NCBI GenBank assembly: GCA_005809105.1
Contig: SYLI01000068.1
Coordinates: 4,294-68,293 of the forward strand
Origin: Verrucomicrobiales bacterium
GTDB taxonomy: Bacteria > Verrucomicrobiota > Verrucomicrobiia > Limisphaerales > UBA1100
Direction of reading: 5' to 3'
DNA length: 64,000 bases
Under the pieces are notes generated by a model. That model was given only the letters and a program-made list of their open reading frames with translations, was not told the DNA's origin and did no database searches. Shown here piece by piece: positions 43,097 to 53,700 of this stretch. How positions within the stretch are numbered: the stretch's first letter is position 1; each line of letters opens with the position of its first letter. The position numbers and the translations under genes are program-made.

Positions 43097-43136
43097 CCGC
43101 CCGCGGGCCTGCGCGCCAGCGGGCGGTTTCGTTTTT
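43097..43136 (+). terminator. rho-independent terminator after rpmE
   Basis: 8-bp GC stem CCGCCCGC (43097-43104) pairing with GCGGGCGG (43119-43126) across a 14-nt loop, followed by TTTCGTTTTT. Confidence 0.6.
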
Positions 43137-43138
43137 CA

Positions 43139-44215
43139 ATGATGGATCTGCGTCCGCACATCGAAAAAGTCGCCGCGCGGCTGGCGCATGCCGAGGCGCA
43201 ATTGGGCGATCCGTCTGTGTTCGAGAACAACCGCCGCGCACAGGAAATCGCGCGCGAGTACGCCCGCCTCAAGGGCCTGGCGGCGCGGGGCGAGGCCTAC
43301 CTGCGTGCCCAGAGGGATCTGGAGGAGAACCGCGAACTGGCCGCGGGTGCCGACAAGGAACTCGGCGCCATGGCCCGCGACGAGGTGGCGCGCCTGGAGG
43401 GGCAGATGCCCGCACTGGAAAAGGACGTGCAGCTGGCACTGGTGCCGCCCGATCCGGCGGATTCGCGCAACACCATCATCGAGATTCGCGCGGGCGCCGG
43501 GGGCGAGGAAGCCTCGCTTTTTGCCGCCGAGCTCTACCGCATGTACCAGCACTATGCCCGCGCCCGCGGCTGGACATCCGAGACCATGAACTCCAGCCCT
43601 TCGGAACGGGGAGGGTTCAGGGAGGTCATCTTTGGCGTGGCGGGCGAGGACGTTTACAAGCGCCTCAAGTTTGAGAGCGGCGTCCACCGTGTCCAGCGCG
43701 TGCCTGCCACGGAAGCCTCCGGGCGCGTCCACACCAGCACCGTCACCGTCGCCGTCCTTCCCGAGGCGGAGGAGGTGGAAGTGGAGATCAAGCCCGAGGA
43801 ATTGGAGGTGTCCGTCTGCCGCGCCAGCGGCCCGGGCGGACAGGGTGTCAACACCACCGACAGCGCCGTCCAGATTCTCCACAAGCCCAGCGGGCTCATC
43901 GTGCGATGCGCCGATGAGCGCAGCCAGCAGAAGAACCGCATCAAGGCCATGAAGGTGCTGCGCTCGCGCCTGCTGGATCAGCGCGTGGCGGAGGAACACG
44001 CCAAGTACGACGCCGAGCGCAAGGCGCAGGTGGGCACCGGCGAGCGCAATGAGCGCATCCGCACCTACAATTTTCCCCAGAACCGCGTCACCGACCATCG
44101 CATCGAGGTGACGCAGCATAACCTGCCGAAGTTCTTGGAGGGCGAGATTGACGGGCTGCTCGATCCGCTGATCGCCAACGACTTGGAATCCAAGCTGTCG
44201 GCCCTCAAGCTGTGA
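43139..44215 (+). CDS. prfA: peptide chain release factor 1
   Basis: GGQ motif (GPGGQGVNTTDSAV) and the RF1-type PAT tripeptide (RVPATEASGRVHTS). Confidence 0.95.
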   Translation: MMDLRPHIEKVAARLAHAEAQLGDPSVFENNRRAQEIAREYARLKGLAARGEAYLRAQRDLEENRELAAGADKELGAMARDEVARLEGQMPALEKDVQLALVPPDPADSRNTIIEIRAGAGGEEASLFAAELYRMYQHYARARGWTSETMNSSPSERGGFREVIFGVAGEDVYKRLKFESGVHRVQRVPATEASGRVHTSTVTVAVLPEAEEVEVEIKPEELEVSVCRASGPGGQGVNTTDSAVQILHKPSGLIVRCADERSQQKNRIKAMKVLRSRLLDQRVAEEHAKYDAERKAQVGTGERNERIRTYNFPQNRVTDHRIEVTQHNLPKFLEGEIDGLLDPLIANDLESKLSALKL

Positions 44216-44775
44216 GCGGCCCGCGCGCCCTCATCTTCGACTGCGACGGCACGCTGGCCGACTCCATGCCGCTGCACTGGCGCGCATGGGACACCGTCTG
44301 CCGGCGTCACGGCATCTGCTTTCCTGAAGAGCGTTTCTATGCGCTGGGCGGCGTGCCCTCGCGGCAAATCCTGGCGATGCTCAAGGCCGAGCAGCGGCTG
44401 GATTTTGATCCTCTGCAAGTCTCGCAGGAGAAGGAGGAGGCATACCTTCCCCTCATGGCGCAACTGCGGCCGGTGGAGGCCGTCGCGGCCATCGCGCGCG
44501 CCCACCGGGGCGTGCTGCCCATGGGCGTGGCCACGGGTGGACAAAGCCGGGTCATCGGAAAAATCCTGCGCCACTTGGAAATGGCCGACTGGTTTGGCGC
44601 CGTCGTCACGAGCGAAGATGTGGTGAACCAGAAACCCGCACCCGACATCTTTTTGGAGGCGGCACGCCGCTTGGGCGTGGCGCCCGGGCATTGCCGCGCC
44701 TATGAGGACACCGACTTGGGCATGGCGGCCATTCGCGCCGCAGGGATGGAGGCGGTGGACGTGCGCAGCCTTTGA
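44212..44775 (+). CDS. HAD-superfamily hydrolase (beta-phosphoglucomutase-like subfamily)
   Basis: LIFDCDGTLADS (DxDGT nucleophile motif). The start overlaps the prfA stop. Confidence 0.8.
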   Translation: MSGPRALIFDCDGTLADSMPLHWRAWDTVCRRHGICFPEERFYALGGVPSRQILAMLKAEQRLDFDPLQVSQEKEEAYLPLMAQLRPVEAVAAIARAHRGVLPMGVATGGQSRVIGKILRHLEMADWFGAVVTSEDVVNQKPAPDIFLEAARRLGVAPGHCRAYEDTDLGMAAIRAAGMEAVDVRSL

Positions 44776-44806
44776 GTGGCCGCGTGCGCCCCTCACCAAG
44801 ACGCAG

Positions 44807-45706
44807 TCACCAAGCTGTGATGCGGCGCAATTCGCGCACCCGCCGAACGATGTCGGTTCGTGAGATCCCCGCCAGCTTGCGAAGGCCAAAGCCCTCGCAA
44901 CAGATGCTGGCGGCGGCACTGCCGTGCAGGATCGCCGCTCGCAGCGACTTCTCCGGAACACCGCCGCGGCTGGCCACGTAGCCCATCAAGGCGCCCGCAA
45001 AACTGTCGCCCGCACCGGTGGGATCCACGAGGCGCCCCACTGGGAACGCCGGCGCAAGGAACAAACCCGACGGCCCTGAAAGAATCGCGCCGTGTTCCCC
45101 CTTCTTGACGATGACAAAGCGGGGCCCAAATCGGTGCAGCCGGCCCAGTGCGGCGATGAGGTTGTCCTCGCCGGCAAGCTGGCGGGCCTCACCCTCGTTG
45201 AGCACCAGCGCGTCCACGCGCCGCAAGAGCTTGCGCAACGCGGGCATCGCGATGTTCAGCCACAGGTCCATCGTGTCGGCCATCACAAAGCGCGGGTGTT
45301 GCATCTGGTCGAGCACGCGCAGTTGAATCTCAGGCGCGATGTTGGCCAGCAGTACGTAGGGCAGGCGACGGTGGGCAGGCGGCAATTCCGGTGAGAAATG
45401 TTCCAGCACCCCCAACTCGGTGTGGAGCGTGCGGCGCTCGTTCATGTTCGCCCCGTACTCGCCAGACCAGTGAAACGTCGGGCCCGGCGCGCGATTGAGG
45501 GCCGCGAGGTCAATCCCGTGCCGGCGATAAAGGCGCAGGTATCGCGCCGGAAAATCCTGGCCAACGACGCCCACCAGGTGCACGCGCGTGAACGGGCTGG
45601 CGGCCACGGCCGCAAAGCTTCCCGAGCCGCCCAAAAGGCGGGGTTGTTCCGCTCGGGGCGTCTTGATGGAATCGAGCGCCGTGGTGCCTACAATGAGCAA
45701 ACTCAT
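44807..45706 (-). CDS. PfkB-family carbohydrate/nucleoside kinase
   Basis: DPTGAGDSFAGAL (the ATP-binding/anion-hole motif of the ribokinase family) and an N-terminal GG dipeptide region. Confidence 0.8.
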   Translation of the reverse strand: MSLLIVGTTALDSIKTPRAEQPRLLGGSGSFAAVAASPFTRVHLVGVVGQDFPARYLRLYRRHGIDLAALNRAPGPTFHWSGEYGANMNERRTLHTELGVLEHFSPELPPAHRRLPYVLLANIAPEIQLRVLDQMQHPRFVMADTMDLWLNIAMPALRKLLRRVDALVLNEGEARQLAGEDNLIAALGRLHRFGPRFVIVKKGEHGAILSGPSGLFLAPAFPVGRLVDPTGAGDSFAGALMGYVASRGGVPEKSLRAAILHGSAAASICCEGFGLRKLAGISRTDIVRRVRELRRITAW

Positions 45707-45722
45707 GGGATGAACCGCCTTG

Positions 45723-46367
45723 TCAGGCCGCGCAAGCTAGCCGGTCGCGGAATTGACGGCAAGCGCCGGCGATGTCCGGCGCGTTGAGGAGGGCGGAGAC
45801 CACCGCGACGCGACGTGCGCCCGCGGCGAGCACACGGTCCAGGTTTTCCAGCGTGATGCCGCCAATGGCGAACCACGGAACACGGATATTCTCGGCCGCC
45901 CAGCGAACGTACTCGAGCGTCACAGGGGCCCTTCCTGGCTTGGTGGGCGTGGCGAACACCGGGCCGACGGCGAGGTAATCGGCCCCTGTGGCCAAGGCCC
46001 GGCCGGCCTGTTCGGGCGAATGTGTGGAGAGGCCGATCGCAAGCGGCGAGTCCCCGCGCAGCTTCCCAATGTGTCGATGGCCGGCGTCAAAGAAATCCTC
46101 CTGTCCCAGATGGCAAAGCTCCGCGCCGGTTTGCCGCGCAATGTCGGGATGGTCATTGATCACCAAGCCGACACCGGCGCGCCGCGTGAGGGGAGCCAGG
46201 GCGAGTGCGGTGGCAAGGATGGCCTCGCGCGGCCAATCCTTGGCTCGTAGCTGAATGAGGTCGGCGCCGCCCTCGCAGAGGGCGCGGCAGACATCGACGG
46301 GAGACCGCCCGCGCAAGTAAGCCGCGTCCACGAAGGCGTAGAGCCGGCACTCGGCGATGGGCTTCAT
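45723..46367 (-). CDS. thiE: thiamine-phosphate synthase
   Basis: LIQLRAKD, IGLSTHS, YLAVGPVFATPTK and FAIGGI motifs. Start at the internal ATG 46367. Confidence 0.85.
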   Translation of the reverse strand: MKPIAECRLYAFVDAAYLRGRSPVDVCRALCEGGADLIQLRAKDWPREAILATALALAPLTRRAGVGLVINDHPDIARQTGAELCHLGQEDFFDAGHRHIGKLRGDSPLAIGLSTHSPEQAGRALATGADYLAVGPVFATPTKPGRAPVTLEYVRWAAENIRVPWFAIGGITLENLDRVLAAGARRVAVVSALLNAPDIAGACRQFRDRLACAA

Positions 46368-46383
46368 GGAGCGGGGCGAAGCT

Positions 46384-47763
46384 TCAGGCGTCCTGTTCGA
46401 TGCGCTCGCGCCGGCTGCCCTCGAGCAGTTGCCCAACATAGCTCGTGTTGTAGACACCGCGCCGGAAGTTGGGATCGCGCATGATTGTCCCCAAGAATGG
46501 GATGGTGGTTTTGACACCCGTGATCATAAATTCAGCAAGAGCCCGCTGCATCAGCGTGAGGGCTTCGCGGCGATCGCGCCCGCGGGTGATGAGCTTGCCA
46601 CTCATCGAGTCGTAGTGCGGCGGGATCGAGTAGCCGCCGTAGGCATGCGTGTCCACGCGCACGCCGCGCCCGCCCGGAGCGTAAAACATTTCGATGCGGC
46701 CGGGAGAGGGCGCAAATCCGTTGTAAGGATCCTCCGCGTTGATGCGACATTCGATGGCGTGACCCTGCAGGGTCACGTCGCCCTGGCTGATGCGCAGGGG
46801 CTCGCCCAGCGCAATCAGGATCTGCTGCTTGACCAGATCCACGCCCGTGACCTCCTCGGTGATCGGATGCTCCACCTGGATGCGCTTGTTGACCTCGAGA
46901 AAATAAAAGTTGCCCTTGTCGTCCACGACAAACTCAACCGTGCCCGCGTTGACGTATTTAGCATGCTCGGCAATGCGGATGGCGGCCTTGCCCATCTTCT
47001 TGCGCAGATCCTTGTGGGTCTCGAAGAGGGGCGAGGGCGTTTCCTCGATCAACTTCTGGTTGCGCCGCTGGACGGAGCAGTCGCGCTCGCCCAGGTGGAT
47101 GATGTTGCCGCGGCTGTCGCCCAGACTCTGAAACTCGATGTGGCGGGGGTGCTCGATGTATTTCTCGATATAGACGGCGCTGTTGCCAAACGCCTTCTCG
47201 GCCTCGGTGCGCGCAGTGTGAAATCCTTTGATGAGCGCCCCGTCATTGTGGGCCACGCGCATGCCACGCCCGCCGCCGCCCGCCACGGCCGTGATGATCA
47301 CCGGATAGCCGATGCGACCGGCGACGTCGCGCGCGGCCTGCTCGCTCTCCACCAGTCCCTCGGAGCCCGGCGCCACCGGGACGTCCGCGCGCTTGGCCAG
47401 CTCGCGGCTGGTCTGCTTGTCGCCCAGCAGATTCATGGCCTTGGGGCTGGGACCGATGAAGCGGATTTTGCAGCTCTCGCAGATGTCGGCGAAGTGGGCG
47501 TTCTCCGAAAGGAAACCGTAGCCGGGATGGATGGCGTCCACGTCGGCGATCTCGGCGGCGCTGATGATGCGGTCGATGCGCAGGTAGCTCTCAGAGCTGG
47601 CGGGCTTGCCGATGCAGTAGGCCTCGTCGGCCACCTGCACGTGCATGGAATTGGCGTCGGCCTCGGAATACACCGCCACGGTGCGGATGTTCAGCTCGCG
47701 GCAGGCGCGGATGATGCGCACGGCAATCTCCCCGCGGTTGGCGACCAGGATTTTCTCAAACAT
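46384..47763 (-). CDS. accC: acetyl-CoA carboxylase, biotin carboxylase subunit
   Basis: [20 protein letters not shown]..., an ATP-grasp core and GGGGRGMR. Confidence 0.95.
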   Translation of the reverse strand: MFEKILVANRGEIAVRIIRACRELNIRTVAVYSEADANSMHVQVADEAYCIGKPASSESYLRIDRIISAAEIADVDAIHPGYGFLSENAHFADICESCKIRFIGPSPKAMNLLGDKQTSRELAKRADVPVAPGSEGLVESEQAARDVAGRIGYPVIITAVAGGGGRGMRVAHNDGALIKGFHTARTEAEKAFGNSAVYIEKYIEHPRHIEFQSLGDSRGNIIHLGERDCSVQRRNQKLIEETPSPLFETHKDLRKKMGKAAIRIAEHAKYVNAGTVEFVVDDKGNFYFLEVNKRIQVEHPITEEVTGVDLVKQQILIALGEPLRISQGDVTLQGHAIECRINAEDPYNGFAPSPGRIEMFYAPGGRGVRVDTHAYGGYSIPPHYDSMSGKLITRGRDRREALTLMQRALAEFMITGVKTTIPFLGTIMRDPNFRRGVYNTSYVGQLLEGSRRERIEQDA

Positions 47764-47802
47764 GCCGGAGCCTTGGGGTGGACGGAGGTGCGGCGCGGGA
47801 GG

Positions 47803-48276
47803 CTAGTTGGGCTGGACGCGGAACAGGGGCTGGCCGTATTCGACCGGCTTGGCGTCGGCCACCAGAACCTCGGTGATCACGCCCCGCGTCTCCGCCTTGA
47901 TTTCATTCATCACCTTCATGGCCTCGATGATGCAGACCACCGTTTCCGACTCCACCTGGGTCCCCACATCTGCAAAAATCGGGGCGTCGGGCGATGGGCG
48001 GCGATAGAAGGTGCCAATCATTGGCGACTTGATTTCGGCGCCCACTGCATGGAGGGACGGTGATTCGGCCCGCGGCATCGATGGGCCGGGTGCAGGTGCT
48101 GCCGCCACGACGCGAGGCTGGATCCATTGGGCCGGTTCCGGCGAGTACTCCGCCTTCGCTTGGGCCGCTCCGTCGCGTTTCAGGCGGACTTTGAAATCGC
48201 CCTGCTCCATCTCAAACTCCGAGACGGAATTCTTCTTCATCAAGTCGAGGATAGCCTTGATGTCCTTTAAGTCCAT
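47803..48276 (-). CDS. accB: acetyl-CoA carboxylase biotin carboxyl carrier protein
   Basis: C-terminal biotinyl domain with EAMKVMNEI (biotin-Lys). Start at MDLKDIK. Confidence 0.9.
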   Translation of the reverse strand: MDLKDIKAILDLMKKNSVSEFEMEQGDFKVRLKRDGAAQAKAEYSPEPAQWIQPRVVAAAPAPGPSMPRAESPSLHAVGAEIKSPMIGTFYRRPSPDAPIFADVGTQVESETVVCIIEAMKVMNEIKAETRGVITEVLVADAKPVEYGQPLFRVQPN

Positions 48277-48477
48277 GGGGAGAAGGGGCTGCGAGATGCC
48301 TCCTCGGCGCAAAAGTGCTCCCGGGGCATGGCTAAAGTTCCTGCGAATGGGAAGTGAAACTCAGTTCTCACGGCGGCCAGCAAGCGGGAGGGTGGTGGGG
48401 AGCGGCTGAACCGTCAAGGAAAGATTATAGGCAAGGGACCGGCACCTAGGGCTGCCTGTCTGGGCCGCGCAAACAAG

Positions 48478-48918
48478 TCACCCGTTCCGTGACGTTATCG
48501 ATATTGCAGCGGCCAATCCAAGCGAATACGATGCGTTTCCAAAGCCGCAAATCTGGCCTTTGCATACTGGAGCGATAATCGAGTTGTGCCTGAATTCCTC
48601 CCGAGCGTGGATATTGGAAAGGTGGATCTCCACCGCGGGCACCGGACTGGCTGCCAGTGCGTCGCGCAGCGCCACGCTGGTGTGGGTGTACCCTGCGGCG
48701 TTGATGACAAGCGCGTCGAAAGACCCGGCGGCCTGTTGAACCCACGTCACCAGCTGGCCTTCGTCGTTCGTTTGGCGGAACTCAATTTCGGCGCCATCGG
48801 CAGCGGCGCGTTGCCTTACTTGTGCCTCGATGTCCGCTAAGGTCGTCGTGCCGTAGATTTCCGGCTGCCGTTTCCCCAGCAGATTGAGGTTTGGCCCATT
48901 GAGAAAAAGCACCTTCAT
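48478..48918 (-). CDS. aroQ: type II 3-dehydroquinate dehydratase
   Basis: MKVLFLNGPNLNLLGKRQPEIYG and NAAGYTHTSVALRDA...HLSNIHAREEFR. Confidence 0.95.
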   Translation of the reverse strand: MKVLFLNGPNLNLLGKRQPEIYGTTTLADIEAQVRQRAAADGAEIEFRQTNDEGQLVTWVQQAAGSFDALVINAAGYTHTSVALRDALAASPVPAVEIHLSNIHAREEFRHNSIIAPVCKGQICGFGNASYSLGLAAAISITSRNG

Positions 48919-48969
48919 TGGCGCGGCAAGCTATCGGTTTTGAAATCCGGTGTCGAGGCCAAGGCCCAG

Positions 48970-50046
48970 CTAGAGCCGCAGTTGCAACAGGCCCACCTCC
49001 AGCGTGAGCAGCTCGTTGACGTTGGTGAAGAGCATGCGGTGAGTGCGTTCGACCACTTGCAGGTTTGCGGCCGCTTCCAGTTGCGAGAGGCGGCCGGCCG
49101 CCGCATGGGCAGCCAAAGCAAATTCTGGCAGGGTGCAGGTGTCGGCAGGCTGCCCCAATTTGAATGCCCAGATATCGCGCAGCCACGCTTGTAACGCCTG
49201 AAGCAATCGCGCACGACGCAGGCTGTACTCCGCCTCGACGGCAGCCTTGGCCTCATTTTCCCATTGTTCAGCCAAATCAGGAGGGAGATCTTCGTACTGT
49301 TCCATGCGTGACGAGGCGGCGACTTCCGCCTCCACGGCTTCGCGTGTTTGGGCCAAATGTTCAACCAACGAGCCCAGCAATCGATAACGCGCTGGCAAAT
49401 CGACAGACCCAGCCACGGCTTGCTCGGCGAACCTTCCAAGCCAGGCGCGTTCGGCTTCATGCAGGACTAACCCGCTGGCGCCGCACGTCCAGCGAAGGCA
49501 GCGCGAGCGGATGGTTTCCAGCAATTGCTCCGGTTGAGCCGTCAGCAGCAGGTAGAGCGTTCGTGGCGGAGGCTCCTCGAGGGACTTCAGGAACGCATTG
49601 GCCGCCTCGCGAGTGAGCCGCTCTGCCGCGACGAGCACGGCGATTTTCCAAGGTCCTTCGGTGGGTTTGGAGTAAACTAGGTCGTGCAGAACGCGAGGCG
49701 GGCTCTCGTGTCGCCGGACAAGCTGGCCGATGCGGATCTGCCGCAGCTTGCGTTCGGGGCGCAGCACCATCACGTCGGGGTGATTGCCAAGAGCAATCCG
49801 CCGGCAGGCCGCACACTGGCCGCAACCGTCTAAGCCCGCGCCGTTGCCGGCTCGTGCCGGCGGCGCCGTGCAATTGAGCGTCTTGGCCCAGGTCAATGCC
49901 AGCCGCTCCAATGACGACGTCTCCTCTCCCGTCAACAGGTAGGCATGGGCCATCCGGTCCTGTTCGATGCTGCGCCGCAGCAGCCGCGCCAGCGGCGCTT
50001 GTTCTGGAAAATCTGCCCAGCCCACGCCGAACCAATAGCTGCACAA
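48970..50046 (-). CDS. holB: DNA polymerase III delta-prime subunit
   Basis: AHAYLLTGE, a Cys cluster (LNC...CGQCAACRRI) and an AAA+ lid. Start codon uncertain (TTG at 50046 or an internal codon). Confidence 0.75.
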   Translation of the reverse strand: MCSYWFGVGWADFPEQAPLARLLRRSIEQDRMAHAYLLTGEETSSLERLALTWAKTLNCTAPPARAGNGAGLDGCGQCAACRRIALGNHPDVMVLRPERKLRQIRIGQLVRRHESPPRVLHDLVYSKPTEGPWKIAVLVAAERLTREAANAFLKSLEEPPPRTLYLLLTAQPEQLLETIRSRCLRWTCGASGLVLHEAERAWLGRFAEQAVAGSVDLPARYRLLGSLVEHLAQTREAVEAEVAASSRMEQYEDLPPDLAEQWENEAKAAVEAEYSLRRARLLQALQAWLRDIWAFKLGQPADTCTLPEFALAAHAAAGRLSQLEAAANLQVVERTHRMLFTNVNELLTLEVGLLQLRL

Positions 50047-50175
50047 GCTTGCGTCCGTCGAGTCTCAACCCGGGAAAAAATACGAAGCAAGTGGGCCGGA
50101 GTTTTTGTCCAACAGGGGAATTCATCTTTGACTACAGGGCCCCATTGCGCTATTAACAAAATCAGGAGCCGACCT

Positions 50176-50739
50176 GTGCCCCATCCGACGCCATCGGAAG
50201 TGAAGAGGCGATGCGCTGCTGCATTGATGCTTGCGGTGTTGTTGATGGGGTGTGCACCCGAGGTCGAGCCGGAGAATGCCGGGCCCCGTTCGGCCCCGGC
50301 GCGTCAGGCACAGGCGCCAGTCAATTCACCAGAAGTCATCGGCGAAGTAAATCTGCCCCTCGCGCCCGAGCCGGTGAAGCCGCATGTGGAGCTGACACCG
50401 CTGGCGGCGGCCGTCCCTCCGGTGGCACCGGTTCCGGTGAAACCGCCCGTGGAGATTACTCCCGGCGTGGTCGTCAATCTCCCGCCACGCGCGGGCAGCG
50501 GCGCTGCCGACGACGAACAGAAGCTCGTTATTCGCCTGCTCATCAGCGACAACCCGACGGACAATCTGGAGGCGCTGAATGGCGCGCTTGTCCGCTGGGT
50601 GGCGACCAAGGACGAGCTGCCCGAGCGCATCGACCAACTGGTGATGGAGTCGTTTCTTCCCATGCTGCCGATGGATCCCTTGGGGCGCATGTTTGCCATC
50701 GACCGCGCGGCCAAGCGCATCGTCCTTGTTCGGAAGTAG
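50176..50739 (+). CDS. hypothetical lipoprotein
   Basis: GTG at 50176 is preceded by AGGAG (50164-50168). The lipobox-like LLMGC is followed by a Pro/Val-rich linker and a small C-terminal domain. Confidence 0.55.
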   Translation: MPHPTPSEVKRRCAAALMLAVLLMGCAPEVEPENAGPRSAPARQAQAPVNSPEVIGEVNLPLAPEPVKPHVELTPLAAAVPPVAPVPVKPPVEITPGVVVNLPPRAGSGAADDEQKLVIRLLISDNPTDNLEALNGALVRWVATKDELPERIDQLVMESFLPMLPMDPLGRMFAIDRAAKRIVLVRK

Positions 50740-50740
50740 G

Positions 50741-53700
50741 CTACTTGGCCGCAGGCAGCGATCCCAAGTAGGCCATCAGATCCCGCAGTTCGCGCCTCGT
50801 GATGGCCAGATGCAGCCCGGCGGGCATGCTGGAGAGTCCCTGTTTGCGCGTCAGGATGTCCGCCTTCTTCACTTTCACCAGTCCGTCCTCGGCTGAGAGC
50901 AGCACCAGCTCTGCGCCCGTTTCCGACTTCACGATGCCCGCGTGGTTGCCGCCGGATTTGGTGGTGATCAAGACTGTCTCAAAGCCGCGCGTGATTTTCG
51001 CGTTGGGATTGACGACCGACTCGAGCAGTTCGGCGCGAGGGCGTGCGGCCAGTCCATCCAGTGTGGGCCCCACATCGCCTCCTTCACCGCCCGCACGATG
51101 GCAGCGGGCGCAGTTGAGAGTCTGGTTCTCAAAAAACAAGCGGCGCCCGGCGGCGGGGTTGCCGCCCGCCTGCACCTCGCCAAATGCCGCCGGATCCGAA
51201 GGCGACTTCGCCGCGTCGGGGCGGCTTTCTGCAAACTTCTTCAGCCGATCCTGCACGGCCGTGTCCTTGCGGCGCGCGGCGGCCTCCAGCAGTTCAAGCT
51301 GCACCTCTGCCTGCCCCTTGCCCGCCAGCATTTGATCCATCCACTGCCCCAGCAGCCGGTCGGCCGCGGGGTCATTGAGCTCGCCCAGTGCCTGCAGCGC
51401 GGCCTGTCGTTCTTCCACGGAACCCTTTTGCAATGCCGTTTCGAGGCGTGCAACGGCCTTTTCGGGTTGGACTTTGGCCGCCAGACGCGTGGCCGCGCCG
51501 CGCAGTGTTGCGTCGGTGGAGCGCGAGGCGTGCTCCACGGCCGGCGCCAATTGCACCGCATCCCATTTGCCAAGAAGGGTGAGCGCGCTGGCGCGCAAGC
51601 TGGCCTTTGCCTTGGCGTCGACAACCAGTGCCAGCAGCGCCGGCGCCGCGCTCTTCAGGTCGAGACGGTCGGCGGCCGTGATGGCCTCGGCGCGCGCTTC
51701 GTCGGGAGCTTGCGCCAGCACTGACCTTAGCACGGGTTCGAGCGCGGCACGGGCGGCCATGCCGTCACGGTCGGGAATGGGGCGCCACAAGCCGGAGACT
51801 TTGTCGCGGCCGGAAGGATGGGCCCATTCTCCCAGCAGGGAGAGCGCCTCGGCGCGGGCAAGTTTGTCCGCGCGGGGGTCGGCAGCCACGGTCGCCAGCG
51901 TTGGCGCAGCGCCGATGCGATAGTTGGCGGCCAGCGCCCGGCGCATCACCGGCTTGGAGAGGTTGGTCTGCGTTGCCATCGTGGCAAGCGCAGCCACGGC
52001 GCCGGGAATGAGGTCATCGGCAATGGCGCGCGCGGCCTCGGTGACGATGGCGGCGTCGGGGTCTTTGAGGAAGTTTGCGACCGCGCCATCGCCCAACCGC
52101 CGCAAGGCCAGCAGTGCCGCCAGCCGCACGTGGCGCGGTGCGTGCCCTGACAGGCCGGCCAAAGACGAAGCTTGGGCGGCTCCAGCCAAGGCCATGACGC
52201 CGGCGTGACGCACGACCGGGTCACGATCGGCGTTGCGTTCGAGCATTTCCAGAATGGGAGCGGTGGATCCGGGCCCAAGTTTGCCAATGCCGATGGCGGC
52301 GAAAGCCTGCACACGCGCGCTGGCATCGGCTGTGGCGGCAAGAAGCGCAGGCCGCGCGGCCACGTGGCGGCCATCGCCAAGCACCTTGGCGGCCTGGGCG
52401 CGCACTTCGTCATCAGCATCCTTGAGGAACGGAAGCAGCCGGGAGTGGACGGCGGGCTGACGGCGGCTCAACTGGCCCAATCCCCACAGAGCGTGCAGTC
52501 GCGCCAAACGCGGGGCTTGGGTGTCACTGGCCACCTTGTCCAAGTGCCCAGCTGATTCGTCCGTGCCCTTCAGCGCGCGCGCCGCCAGCTCAAATTGGGC
52601 GTCCATCCTCACGCGCTGGTCGGCATGGCCCAGCAGCCGGGCCAGTTCGGCGGTGGGGGTGGCTTCAAATCCAGCGGCCAGCAGGCGCTGGGTTTGGGCC
52701 TGCGCGGCGTCGGCCCCGGGCTGGGCGGCCGTGTTGACGACGCGGTAGAGCCGCCCCTTGTTGGGCATTCCCCAGCCGTCCACCCAATCGCTTAAGTACA
52801 GGTGCCCGTCGGGGCCAAACTCGGCATCGGTGGCCAGCACTTTCCAGATGAGCTGGCCGGTGTGCTCGACCTTGAAACTCGCACCCTGGCTGGCCATGCG
52901 GATGGTGTGGATGCCGCTGCCGCCGGGCGATCCGCGGAAGTCGCACATGAAGAAGCTGCCGGTGAAGGCGCCGCCCAGGCCCGTGCCGGGATGGTAGGTC
53001 AGCCCCGAAGGGCCGCTGCCGATGTTGGCCAGGGGCGCCAGACGATGGGCGGCCGCGCCGTCAGGAAAGCACATGCGCTCGTCGAGCCACGGACCGCGCC
53101 GGCGCGTCCACGGTTTCTCCTCGATGAACTGCCAGCCGATGCGCCAGCCCGAATCACCGCCCTCGACGGCGTACACCCAGCGCGCCGGATCGCCGCCGTC
53201 AGAATTGTTGTCCCCGGTGAAAAGATTGCCCAACGAATCAAACGCCAGCTCCTGCGGATTGCGCAGGCCGGTGTGGAAGAGTTCCAGCCCGGTGCCGTCA
53301 GGGTTGCAGCGGTAGATGGCGCCGGTTTCGGGAGTGTGCAGGCGGCGGCCCTCCTTGGTCATCACTGACGCAGCACGGTCGCCGATGCTAAAATAGAGCC
53401 GGCCGTCGGGCCCCATGCGCAGCCCGTGCAGATCATGGCCCAGGAATCCCACGCGCACGCCAAACCCTTGGGCGAGCGACTCGCGCGTTTCGGCGACGCC
53501 ATCGCCGTCCTTGTCGCGCAGCGACCAGAGGTGGGGGATGTTGGTGAGCCAAACCTGCCCGCGCCGGGCCAGCACACCGGCCGCCAGCCCGTCCACGTCG
53601 CCGTTGAACCCTTCGGCAAACACCGTGGCGTGGTCGGCACGGCCGTCTCCGTCGCGATCCACCACCATCCGCACGCGGTCGCTGTGCGCGTTGAGGCCCT

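Noticed and set aside
43139-44215. Checked the release-factor gene for the programmed +1 frameshift site.
   Set aside because: The protein has the RF1-type PAT motif and an uninterrupted ORF. The frameshift is a feature of prfB (RF2), not prfA.
45707-46383. Looked for a TPP riboswitch upstream of thiE.
   Set aside because: Only 16 nt separate thiE from the accC stop, so there is no room for a roughly 100-nt aptamer. thiE appears co-transcribed with accBC.
50734-50746. Palindrome AAGTAG-G-CTACTT containing the stop codons of two convergent genes.
   Set aside because: The stem is only 6 bp with a 1-nt loop, too small for a stable hairpin or terminator. It is most simply a coincidence of TAG and CTA stops placed 1 nt apart.
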